The notes under the pieces were generated by a model. The model was not told where the DNA came from. It made no database searches and saw only the letters and a program-made list of their open reading frames with translations. Source: an uncultured virus (IMG/VR IMGVR_UViG_3300034152_000554) (taxonomy: Duplodnaviria > Heunggongvirae > Uroviricota > Caudoviricetes). Taken from it: a stretch of DNA of 34,261 nt. Numbering within the stretch: position 1 is the stretch's first letter; every line of letters starts with the position of its first letter. Positions 8,501 to 15,809 of this stretch are shown here, piece after piece. The DNA lies in the IMG/VR virus record IMGVR_UViG_3300034152_000554. One strand, given 5' to 3'. The translations under genes were made by a program, and so were the position numbers.

Positions 8501-11018
8501 CATCGTTGATGAGTGGAGTGCAAGCTTTAAGAACTTGCCATTCCGTTCTCGGTTAACCCAGATTGCAGGCATTAATCCAACTGGATGTGTAACTGCATTA
8601 GACGCATTCATGAAGATTCGCTACATGGCTAATACCGGAAAGCGAGTTGTCATCATGGATGGCACACCAATCAGAAACTCAATTGCAGAAGCGTATATTC
8701 TGCAAAAAACAATTGCTTATGAACGGTTGGAAAAAGCAGGCATTCTGGAGTTCGATATTTGGGCACGTCAGTTTGCAGAAATTGTCAACGCTCCAGAAAT
8801 TACTGGACGAGGCGACTTTAAGATTAAAGCTCGCTTTTCTAAGTTTACCCAACTTCCTTTGTTGCGGAAGATTACTGCCAACAAACTGCACGTTTTAACA
8901 TTGCGGCAACTGCGAGAGCTTGCCCCAGAGTTGCAAATTGATCTACCTGAAGTGATTAACGTAAATGTTAAATCACCGTCAACTGACTATCAGTTTGCAT
9001 TTGTCCAAAACTTACTTGACCGTGCAGATGCAATTGTTAATAGAAAAGTTGACCCGAAAGATGACAACATGCTGGTTGTCACTGCGGATGGGCGCAAGAA
9101 TGCACTTGATCCCCGACTGGTCACACCAAATGCTGAGAACAGCATTGACCTCAAGCTCAATAAATGTGCAGCTAATGTTTATCGAATCTGGAAGCTGACT
9201 GAACGAATTAAAGGAGTTCAGTCAATTTTCTGTGATCTATCTACCCCATCGAGTTCTCGTAAGAACAAAGACGAGGAAACATTCGAGAACTTTGTTGCTT
9301 ATTACTACATCAAAGACTTGCTGGTTGAGTTAGGCATTCCATCTAATGAAATCAGATTCGTTCATGATGTTGCTCAAAATCCAAAGAAGCGACAAGAACT
9401 ATTTATGGCCTGCCTTAAAGGCGAGGTTAGAGTCATTCTTGGATCTACTTCGATGCTGGGAACAGGTGTCAATATCCAGCGACTACTGATTGCTCAACAC
9501 AATATTGATGCTCCCTGGCGACCTGGAGATGTAGAGCAACGGATTGGTCGTATGGAACGGCATGGCAACTTGATGAGCAAGTGCTTTAACTTTGTCTATG
9601 TCACCGAAGGTAAAAATGGGCTGGCTGGATTTGATGCTTATATGTGGCAGATTCTTGAGCGCAAAGCTCACTTTATCTATCAGTTCATGGAAGGAATGTT
9701 GAGCGAGTGGGAAGCTGAGGATATCGGTGACAACACGATGAAATACGCCGAATTAAAAGCTCAAGCAACTGGTGATAAACGGATTATCCGTAAAGTTGAA
9801 CTGGAAGCGATTGTCGCCAAGTACGAGATGCTGGTGGGTAATACTCAGAGCGCTCTGGCTAATACCCGGATTGCTCAGGGTTCCAAGCCACAAGCATTAA
9901 GAAATCTGGTGCAGCAAATCGATAAGGTAACAGAGCGATTTAATTCACTCAAGCAGTTATCAGGTGAGGGCGAACAATACACTGGCTTTTATGATGGCGT
10001 TGTCCGGATTGAAAAGCCAAGCAAACAATCACAGGAAGAGGTACAGGAGACCCAGGAGGAAGATTCTGACCATGAAGCTACTAATAGCAATCTGACCCAG
10101 TATGAGCCGCTCAGGGTTCCTGTCATTGTCAATGGAGAGCCTGTTTCAGATGTGCGTCAACTGGGTGAGTACATCAATCAACAGTTCCATGAGCTAGGCC
10201 AGCACACAGGTGCATTCAAGATTGGTGAATGGGTCATGCCTGATGGTGATACCTGGAACATTGTTGTAGTTTCTAACGTGACTGCTGGCTGTTACCTCAA
10301 GCATCCTGATGATAATTTTGGGCACAAGTTTACAGTGACTTCCAAGCCCCATCAGACTGTACGTAACCTGCACAATGTTCAGGCAACTTTAGCCAGCAAC
10401 CTGGAAAACCTGAAGATTAGCCATAAGCAAGCTCAAATGGAGATCGAGGGGTTGCAACCGAAGATCAAGCAGCTTGAAAGCGAACTGGCAGAATACCTTG
10501 CAGTGCTGTCGCCATCCAGTGAAGAGTTGAACCAACTCAATGAAGAACTGGGGGTTAATGACGAAATCAGTTACATTGACGACGACGACAGTGATAATAC
10601 TTACAGTCATCTTGATGTAGCTCACAAGGCTGAAGCGGCTGTTTATGAAGGTGTTGACTACTGGGTTGTTCGTCAAATCAAAGAGTCCTTTAATGAGCCA
10701 TTTGAATGGGAAGACACAATCAATAACATCGTTGAGTTGGCAATCCCAGTTATTGAGCAGCACCAGAATGACCAGCTAATCGGTGAAGATACTGATGAGG
10801 ATGAGAGCAAACCAGACAAAAAGACTACCAGCAAAGGCAAAAAGCCACGCAAAGGAAAGCCTGAGCCGAAGCCAGAGCCAAACGAGCAGCCTAAAAAGTT
10901 GTCGCTCTGGGAACAGATGGCAGCAGGCAGCAGCAGGGGTACAGCCAGCGTAAGCAAGAAAGCTGCCAGGAAGCAGGAAATCAAGGAAGAAATGCCAAGC
11001 CTGTTTGACCTGGTTTGA
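5589..11018 (+). CDS. DarB-like N6-adenine DNA methyltransferase / SNF2-family helicase fusion
   Basis: MTase motif I ILDPSCGTG, ELD and catalytic NIPF; FTGFGG and LNAHYT motifs typical of this family. Helicase motifs LRPYQ, VGGGKT, LIVDEW..FKN, GTPIRNS, GTGVNIQ and PWRPGDVEQRIGR. Ends in a coiled coil and an acidic/basic tail. Confidence 0.9.
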   Translation: MIAIDKLQETIAHHIETTGPKGKADANIRAIKALDNGCNLDDVALFTGFGGLKWIFEEHNQEWASRYQELKSILNEEEYNSLNATILNAHYTTPEVVKLAWSLVEAYQFKPTSATRILDPSCGTGYFKLFAPESAQSADWTMIELDKVTGQIAKSLNRDANIIIRGFEQTSLPGDYYDLAISNIPFGSYQVYDPEFKHYSAFRIHNYFLLKMIELVQPGGLVCVIISSGFMDAGGNGPIRDLVATKANLVDAYRFPCETFKKFGTEVTTDLLLFQKLGDNVVRDRKPQWTQVVESLSRHAEYWDTKDHKWKRVLVNKFLASNQRIAGITTTDQLHPGRAAASLMNKMPLEDCLYKMKAAIIENAEGISLALPKPSTAKLKLLPVEYQHLENGQYFIVNDELYQRTGASMVEITDRRKAGNILAGLRVLYAMNQLIHCMKNDDPEQEYYRDELNSLYDAYVNEYGVFRKNSNRKVWEGDWRYYQLTSLETPDNQKTDIFRVQTIRPVLAPEAVNPQDALIASLVVKGKVDLDYMQELLPDCSLQFITDSLVGQIFFDHTEQRWMQRDEFLSGDVVERLKAEREHGIQENIEALENAQPLYILPNADISIKIEVAERLGGDSRCNLNPQAVIKPKLGQPWLSIDDIKTFIADLIHASKTNIAVGFSKTTGTWQAKYDSPYYNSANDALGTPDYSAVQLVECALNNRSPVVKMTVFNPDGTERKVTDHDKTEAARAKMESIERKFAQWCFEDVDRAYRLTLAYNKTMNRYVERKYDGSFINFEELSDNFTLRPYQRDYVWASIQEPVTAWGVAVGGGKTLMAGLLAVRLKRMGLVNKSMVTVLKSTVNQFAEQIRMFIPGAKVLAPSEKDFQPGNRRQLISAIRTGDWDLVILSHSQFNAISMSTEAQMDYLTNERRGLEQDLKDIMKTAGTKGAATKGIQSRLRSIEKQIAKITNRDITRGTVDWEDLGLDLLIVDEWSASFKNLPFRSRLTQIAGINPTGCVTALDAFMKIRYMANTGKRVVIMDGTPIRNSIAEAYILQKTIAYERLEKAGILEFDIWARQFAEIVNAPEITGRGDFKIKARFSKFTQLPLLRKITANKLHVLTLRQLRELAPELQIDLPEVINVNVKSPSTDYQFAFVQNLLDRADAIVNRKVDPKDDNMLVVTADGRKNALDPRLVTPNAENSIDLKLNKCAANVYRIWKLTERIKGVQSIFCDLSTPSSSRKNKDEETFENFVAYYYIKDLLVELGIPSNEIRFVHDVAQNPKKRQELFMACLKGEVRVILGSTSMLGTGVNIQRLLIAQHNIDAPWRPGDVEQRIGRMERHGNLMSKCFNFVYVTEGKNGLAGFDAYMWQILERKAHFIYQFMEGMLSEWEAEDIGDNTMKYAELKAQATGDKRIIRKVELEAIVAKYEMLVGNTQSALANTRIAQGSKPQALRNLVQQIDKVTERFNSLKQLSGEGEQYTGFYDGVVRIEKPSKQSQEEVQETQEEDSDHEATNSNLTQYEPLRVPVIVNGEPVSDVRQLGEYINQQFHELGQHTGAFKIGEWVMPDGDTWNIVVVSNVTAGCYLKHPDDNFGHKFTVTSKPHQTVRNLHNVQATLASNLENLKISHKQAQMEIEGLQPKIKQLESELAEYLAVLSPSSEELNQLNEELGVNDEISYIDDDDSDNTYSHLDVAHKAEAAVYEGVDYWVVRQIKESFNEPFEWEDTINNIVELAIPVIEQHQNDQLIGEDTDEDESKPDKKTTSKGKKPRKGKPEPKPEPNEQPKKLSLWEQMAAGSSRGTASVSKKAARKQEIKEEMPSLFDLV
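9504..9560 (+). repeat. 57-bp exact direct repeat, copy 2 (encodes helicase motif VI)
   Basis: Identical to 4289-4345. Confidence 0.97.
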
Positions 11019-11022
11019 CTCA

Positions 11023-11075
11023 AAGGGAATATAAGCACTGGTGATAACTTGACTCATCAGTGCTTAGTGTTCCTT
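11023..11075. terminator. long hairpin right after the DarB-like gene
   Basis: AGGGAATA-TAAGCACTGGTGA / TCATCAGTGCTTA-GTGTTCCTT, about 20 bp of pairing including G-U pairs and one bulge. Confidence 0.55.
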
Positions 11076-11086
11076 ATGCATTATTC

Positions 11087-11103
11087 TCTCAGTCCCCTTC
11101 GGG
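11087..11103 (+). promoter_or_regulatory. intergenic 17-bp motif, copy 2 (TCTCAGTCCCCTTCGGG)
   Basis: More degenerate match to the TCTnAATTCCCTTCGGG consensus. Confidence 0.4.
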
Positions 11104-11193
11104 AGTCTTAAAGTTATCTTAATGTCAGCCTTCTCGAATTAGCTGAGAAATATCGGCTAGATTGCAGGCTGGCACTTGATTACAGCGTTTTCT

Positions 11194-11232
11194 AAAACAC
11201 GACAAACTGTATTAATAATATATAGGGGGGCG
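11194..11232 (+). repeat. 39-bp origin-like element, copy 1 (copy 2 at 31692-31730)
   Basis: AAAACACGACAAACTGTATTAATAATATATAGGGGGGCG; 34/39 identical to copy 2; flanked by the 9-bp inverted repeat TTACAGCGT (11180-11188) / ACGCTGTAA (11250-11258). Confidence 0.8.
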
Positions 11233-11246
11233 TGTCAGAAATCTTA

Positions 11247-11300
11247 TTGACGCTGTAAAACGGATCGATTATATTATTTACATGATGATAAAATTCATCA
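11247..11300 (+). promoter_or_regulatory. sigma70-like promoter plus operator TGATAAAATTCATCA (11286-11300)
   Basis: TTGACG (11247-11252), 17 bp, TATATT (11270-11275). The operator has one mismatch and lies just upstream of an AAGGAGG RBS. Confidence 0.75.
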
Positions 11301-11310
11301 AGGAGGCAGC

Positions 11311-11652
11311 TTGGAATTATATTTTGTATGTAAGTCGAAAGAATTGCCGCACTACAATATCTACCGAGTTGATATTGAACGGTTTGGGATTGAGTTGGAA
11401 GAGGGCGTAGAAACCTTACAGATTAGTGGAAACATTGGAGTTCCATTGGCAACAGGCGGGATACTTTATGCTGACAACGGCATCATTGTTCGGGGTGACA
11501 TTGGGCGGGATCTAATGGTTGCTATCAACGAAGCAAGGCGTGAATGGTTGGATGCCAAACGTGAATACGAGAAAGCTCAAGAGGGAATCAAAAGGAGATT
11601 GAAGAATGGATACACTGTGTTATCCCAACTGGATTGGTATCAATCTAACTGA
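11311..11652 (+). CDS. hypothetical protein
   Basis: TTG start with a strong AAGGAGG RBS. Confidence 0.7.
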   Translation: MELYFVCKSKELPHYNIYRVDIERFGIELEEGVETLQISGNIGVPLATGGILYADNGIIVRGDIGRDLMVAINEARREWLDAKREYEKAQEGIKRRLKNGYTVLSQLDWYQSN

Positions 11653-11725
11653 AGATGACGATGAACGCGGCTCGGGTCGGTTATCGGTTACGAGAATTGG
11701 TTGATTAATTGAGAGGACTTGAAAG

Positions 11726-12787
11726 ATGGCTAATTTACTGAGTGGTAATTCTTATCGGATCACACTTGAAGACTTAAAACAGATTGTGCCGCCACCGGCA
11801 ACGGAAACCTGGAAACCAATTCCTCACCACGAGGTCTTGCAGGCCGCAATCGATGAAGCAACTCGGCGTGGCTATGAAATCGATGATGTCCAAATTAGCG
11901 TTGCAGGCAAGAAAACGATTGAGCTTAACGGTCGGGAGATCGAGTTTCACGACGTTAAGATGTTTTCGGTGATCAAGCTGACATCTAAAACCTCAACTGG
12001 GGATATGCAGTATGCGATTGGTGTACGCAATTCCCATAACAAGACAATGGCGGCAGGGGTCACTGTAGGGTACACAGTGCTTGTTTGCGACAACGGTTGT
12101 TTCTCTGGGGATTACAAGCTTACTCGTAAGCACACAAACGGCATTAATGTTGTCGAACTGATGCGTGAAGCATTTGATGAGTTACCCCGACAGTGGGAGA
12201 AGTTTCAAGCCCAGCTTGATCAGCTTAAGCAACGGGTCATGAGCGACATGGAGGTGCGTTCTGCCCTCTTTGAAATGGCTCTTAGAAATGTGCTAACAAA
12301 CACTCATGATGCTTTTCGCATCTATGACCTCTACAAGGGGTTCGAGGATGAGGACAATCAGTATCATGAAGCGTTTGGTGAACGCACTGCCTGGAGCTTG
12401 TATCAGGCTACAACCGAGCTAATGAAAACATGGCCGCAAGATAAGCAGACCAAATTTCACAGCGAGGTTGGCGCTTTCATGTCGATAGTCTTGCATGAAA
12501 CCAATGACGGCACTGATGGCAGTGAGGTTGAAGTTGTCCTGGTCGATACCAATCCTGACATCATTAGTGATAATGACCTGCTCAAAGATGAGCATGAAGA
12601 GGGTGTAGCCAATTGGTCAGACGATGATGACTATAAACATTGGCGCGATCAAGACGAGAGCGACGATGATGACTGGGGCGATCCAGATGAAAACGACTGG
12701 GATGAATGTGGCGATCCAGGCGATCCAGACGGCTGGGATGATGAGGATGATGAAGACTGGGATGATGATGACGATGATGATTTTTAG
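11726..12787 (+). CDS. DUF932-family-like protein with a long acidic Asp/Trp tail
   Basis: TETWKPIPH, GVRNSHNKT, LVCDNGCF, RKHT and TAWSLYQA.T are motifs I recognise from DUF932/TIGR03299-type phage/plasmid proteins; GAGGA RBS. Confidence 0.75.
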   Translation: MANLLSGNSYRITLEDLKQIVPPPATETWKPIPHHEVLQAAIDEATRRGYEIDDVQISVAGKKTIELNGREIEFHDVKMFSVIKLTSKTSTGDMQYAIGVRNSHNKTMAAGVTVGYTVLVCDNGCFSGDYKLTRKHTNGINVVELMREAFDELPRQWEKFQAQLDQLKQRVMSDMEVRSALFEMALRNVLTNTHDAFRIYDLYKGFEDEDNQYHEAFGERTAWSLYQATTELMKTWPQDKQTKFHSEVGAFMSIVLHETNDGTDGSEVEVVLVDTNPDIISDNDLLKDEHEEGVANWSDDDDYKHWRDQDESDDDDWGDPDENDWDECGDPGDPDGWDDEDDEDWDDDDDDDF

Positions 12788-12811
12788 CATCACCCTCATA
12801 TCTCGATAGAA

Positions 12812-12847
12812 TAGGTAGCAGGTCTGATTGATTAGACCTGCTACCTA
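12812..12847. terminator. perfect 14-bp inverted repeat (terminator or RNA processing hairpin)
   Basis: TAGGTAGCAGGTCT-gattgatt-AGACCTGCTACCTA. Confidence 0.7.
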
Positions 12848-12883
12848 AATTAACTTTTTGTAAAGAAAAATTGGAGCAAATAG

Positions 12884-13312
12884 ATGGATATTGATAAACG
12901 ACAAGAGTTGCTGCAAAAAGCATCCCAACTGAATATTGAAGTTTTGGGAGAGCAGGCCGAAGAGCTGATCAGTCTTCTCGATGAGATGCTGGGAGAAGTC
13001 CTGGTCAATGAAGAAGAGTACACCAAATTCTACTGCTGCACCAGTAGCGGGGTTGTAACAGCAACCTTTGATACTTTCGCAGCAGCCTATCGTAACTGTC
13101 CTGCAATGGGGTACGTGCGCCGCAAAACCCCAGATGGAGATATGATCTTTGACGACCAGAATGGTTGCTGGCTGTATGAAGAGCTTGAGTATTTCGATCA
13201 CAGTGGCTTCAAACAGCTAGTTCTTGACTTCAACAACACTGACGATATTGTGGCTCTGGGTACGGTATACAGCCTGCCTGAAACAAACGGTCATATTAAG
13301 GAGGCATCGTAA
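12884..13312 (+). CDS. hypothetical protein
   Basis: GGAG RBS; 142-aa ORF. Confidence 0.7.
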   Translation: MDIDKRQELLQKASQLNIEVLGEQAEELISLLDEMLGEVLVNEEEYTKFYCCTSSGVVTATFDTFAAAYRNCPAMGYVRRKTPDGDMIFDDQNGCWLYEELEYFDHSGFKQLVLDFNNTDDIVALGTVYSLPETNGHIKEAS

Positions 13313-13564
13313 ATGTCATACCCACTGGTCTATAAACTGACCATCAGAACCACTGCATTTAGACGAATGCAAATTATTGATTTCTATATCGACTTGAAAA
13401 AGATTTCAGTAATTGAAGTCCCTGAAGACACAAACTGTAACGTGGTAATAACAATTGATGAGAATGTTGTATCAATTGAGTCGAGTGACTATAACCGGAA
13501 AGCAGTTGAGGGGCTGCTAAAAGCATGGCAGTTTCCTGATGAAGATCCCGAGACTGAAAATTGA
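13313..13564 (+). CDS. hypothetical protein
   Basis: AAGGAGG RBS; abuts the previous stop. Confidence 0.75.
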   Translation: MSYPLVYKLTIRTTAFRRMQIIDFYIDLKKISVIEVPEDTNCNVVITIDENVVSIESSDYNRKAVEGLLKAWQFPDEDPETEN

Positions 13565-13577
13565 AGAGGGAATTTGA

Positions 13578-13757
13578 ATGAAAGAGCTATCTGATGGGTG
13601 CTTCTACCTGCTAATTGCAGCATTCACATTTGGCCTGTGCGATCGTTTTGTGCAGGTTCTCTATAAGCCCGATGCAATTTCAATTGGGCTATTCTTTATC
13701 GCCGCCTTTTGCGGTGTTGCTGTTGTGTTAACGCGCAGTGAGGATTTTCTGAAATGA
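13578..13757 (+). CDS. small 2-TM membrane protein, 59 aa (not in the ORF track)
   Basis: GAGGG RBS; MKELSDGCFYLLIAAFTFGLCDRFVQVLYKPDAISIGLFFIAAFCGVAVVLTRSEDFLK; ATGA overlap with the next gene. Confidence 0.7.
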   Translation: MKELSDGCFYLLIAAFTFGLCDRFVQVLYKPDAISIGLFFIAAFCGVAVVLTRSEDFLK

Positions 13758-13963
13758 ATGATGAGCAGGTCAACCTGGAACTGCAAGGCATCCTTGATCG
13801 TAAAGAGCGGATTATCAAATTCATTGAAAAGATGCAGTCATTTCGTAAATCTTTAGCAATCAAGCGTGGAGATGGTCGGCCTATTATCTGCGACTCTGAG
13901 TTGAAATATCAGGATGAGTTGGAGCGACTAAAAATCCTTGAAAAAGAGGCGCAGAAGGGTTGA
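13754..13963 (+). CDS. hypothetical protein
   Basis: GAGGA RBS; translational coupling. Confidence 0.7.
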   Translation: MNDEQVNLELQGILDRKERIIKFIEKMQSFRKSLAIKRGDGRPIICDSELKYQDELERLKILEKEAQKG

Positions 13964-13988
13964 CAGCTTGCTTGATAAAAGTTATCAT
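13960..13988 (+). promoter_or_regulatory. consensus sigma70 promoter overlapped by operator TGATAAAAGTTATCA (13973-13987)
   Basis: TTGACA (13960-13965), 17 bp, TATCAT (13983-13988). Confidence 0.8.
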
Positions 13989-14050
13989 CAAGGCATCTGA
14001 AGCAGTTACAGCTACAGATACAGAAACAGCAAACTGAAAAGGAAAAGCAA

Positions 14051-14836
14051 ATGGTTAGCACAAAAATTGAGTATAACGGTAAGGAATACGACTTCCTCTA
14101 CGGTGCGCCCCTTGATGTGAAAACTGACCTGCGGGAAAATCAAGGATATTTCCTGAGCGCCAGCACTCCCAAGGATCTGGGCGCGATCAAGGCCATGAAA
14201 GAGGGTTACATCTTCGGCAACCGGATTGCAATGGTAATGCTGGGATGGAGCGATCCTGTTGTAGTTGACACAAAGGAATACGCAGCGAATCCCAAGAGCT
14301 TTATTAGCCTGGGCGCTATCCCGGTTGAAGGCTCATCTGATCCCGAATCTGGAACGATTGCCTGTAAAACCGAGGATATCAAAAAGGCAGCCAAAGAAGG
14401 GAGGGAGCTTGTTCGGATTCCGCTAGAATCAAACAAAAGCCGCGTCATCAAGATGGCAATCCACAGCCGCAGCGTCGATGGCTCCAATGGCCTGCTATCT
14501 CTGCAACAATCGATTGCTGCAATGGCCTGGGCTAGTGATCAAGATCCTGTTCAAGCTTTGCAGGAGTGTCTTGATCAGAAGATTTTCGTTGCTACGATTG
14601 TCAACTCTGGCAATGAAGCTAATACGTTCCATATTGAGTGGACAACCCGTGCCCCCAAGAGTGACTTTGAAAAAGCAGCGTTACAGATGGGTACGATGCT
14701 TCGCCAGATGGATTATCCGGCCACATCTCACCGTTGGCTTGATAGTCAGGCTGCACAGTCTGAGCAGGACAATGCTGTTACCCCTCCGGCAATTACTGGT
14801 AACGGTAATGCCCCCCAACTGACTGGAGCTAAGTAG
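14051..14836 (+). CDS. hypothetical protein in its own transcription unit (candidate abundant or ssDNA-binding protein)
   Basis: AAGGA RBS; has its own promoter and terminator; no family recognised. Confidence 0.75.
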   Translation: MVSTKIEYNGKEYDFLYGAPLDVKTDLRENQGYFLSASTPKDLGAIKAMKEGYIFGNRIAMVMLGWSDPVVVDTKEYAANPKSFISLGAIPVEGSSDPESGTIACKTEDIKKAAKEGRELVRIPLESNKSRVIKMAIHSRSVDGSNGLLSLQQSIAAMAWASDQDPVQALQECLDQKIFVATIVNSGNEANTFHIEWTTRAPKSDFEKAALQMGTMLRQMDYPATSHRWLDSQAAQSEQDNAVTPPAITGNGNAPQLTGAK

Positions 14837-14868
14837 GCTTGTAAAGTTTGACCTCAGAGGAACAACCG

Positions 14869-14907
14869 ATGCTACTGATCTTTAGATAGGTCAGTAGCAT
14901 TTTTTTT
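14869..14907 (+). terminator. rho-independent terminator
   Basis: ATGCTACTGA...TCAGTAGCAT 10-bp stem followed by a T run. Confidence 0.85.
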
Positions 14908-14974
14908 GACCTGACTACTTGGCTGATAGGCAGGGTGCATGTGCGCGAGAATAGAAAAAGATTGGAGAATTAAC

Positions 14975-15424
14975 ATGGATGAGAAGGAAAAGATTGAATC
15001 AGTTCGACAATGGCTGCAACGGCTAGAACAGAGCGGAGAGTTTCAAGTATTTGATCCTCCACCGAGTTCTGAGCCTCAACGGATCGGCCCGATTAACGAC
15101 ATCCAGAGAGGGCAGATCATTCAGTTAATGGCTCAGATGGGCATCCCACCTGGTACACCAGATGATTCAATTGACTACAAGATTTTATACGAACAGCTTG
15201 TGATTGCTTTCAGTCAGCTAAAAGAGCAGGCATTAGATATGCAGATGCACCTGCAAATGATTGAGCAGACAATTAGCTGGATGTCTACACTGCATATTGT
15301 GATGATTGAGCAGTGGATGAAAAGTTTCATTCCACCTGAAGCCAGAGAGCAGGCGATGGAAGAATATAAAAAGCTAATCGCCAAGTTCAATATGCAGTAT
15401 GATGATTATCATAATCAACAATAG
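14975..15424 (+). CDS. hypothetical Gln/Met-rich coiled-coil protein
   Basis: A GGAG RBS supports ATG 14975 rather than 14939. Confidence 0.7.
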   Translation: MDEKEKIESVRQWLQRLEQSGEFQVFDPPPSSEPQRIGPINDIQRGQIIQLMAQMGIPPGTPDDSIDYKILYEQLVIAFSQLKEQALDMQMHLQMIEQTISWMSTLHIVMIEQWMKSFIPPEAREQAMEEYKKLIAKFNMQYDDYHNQQ

Positions 15425-15434
15425 ATAGCCGAAT

Positions 15435-15809
15435 ATGCGACCTAGAGAGAAGCCGTTACCAGATCCAAACAGAGAACTTAAAGAGGGAGAGTTTAGGGTT
15501 TGGGTCACAAGAGGTCAGGATAGGATCACCCATGAAATCGTTTCAGACAAGTGGAAAAACGGTAGTGTGTGGTGGCCCGATGAAGGTAAGCGCTTGCCAA
15601 GATCAGAATGGTCAGACACTTACGAGAAGGCTAAAAAGAAGATGATCCGCAAACTGAAAGCCCACCTCAAAAAGGCGACCAGTCGCTTAAAACGAATTGA
15701 GCGAGAGCTTAATAACGGACTGCCTAATTCAACCGAAGAGAAGCCCTGGAAGATGCCAGAACGCCAGAACCGGGAAAGGATGCAAGCCTACAGGAGCAAT
15801 GTTTTATGA
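15435..15809 (+). CDS. hypothetical basic protein
   Basis: 124-aa ORF overlapping the dcd start (ATGA). Confidence 0.65.
   Translation: MRPREKPLPDPNRELKEGEFRVWVTRGQDRITHEIVSDKWKNGSVWWPDEGKRLPRSEWSDTYEKAKKKMIRKLKAHLKKATSRLKRIERELNNGLPNSTEEKPWKMPERQNRERMQAYRSNVL

Noticed and set aside
4289..9560. Diversity-generating retroelement TR/VR pair
   Set aside because: The copies are identical with no adenine-specific mismatches, they are short (57 bp), and no reverse transcriptase is present in the window.
10389..11057. Minus-strand and nested short ORFs inside the long genes throughout the window
   Set aside because: They are largely overlapped by well-supported + strand genes and have no RBS or recognisable motifs.
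12582..12923. His-rich and Met/Ile-rich ORFs overlapping the DUF932 tail
   Set aside because: They are alternative-frame or antisense shadows of the GAT/GAC-rich Asp tract.
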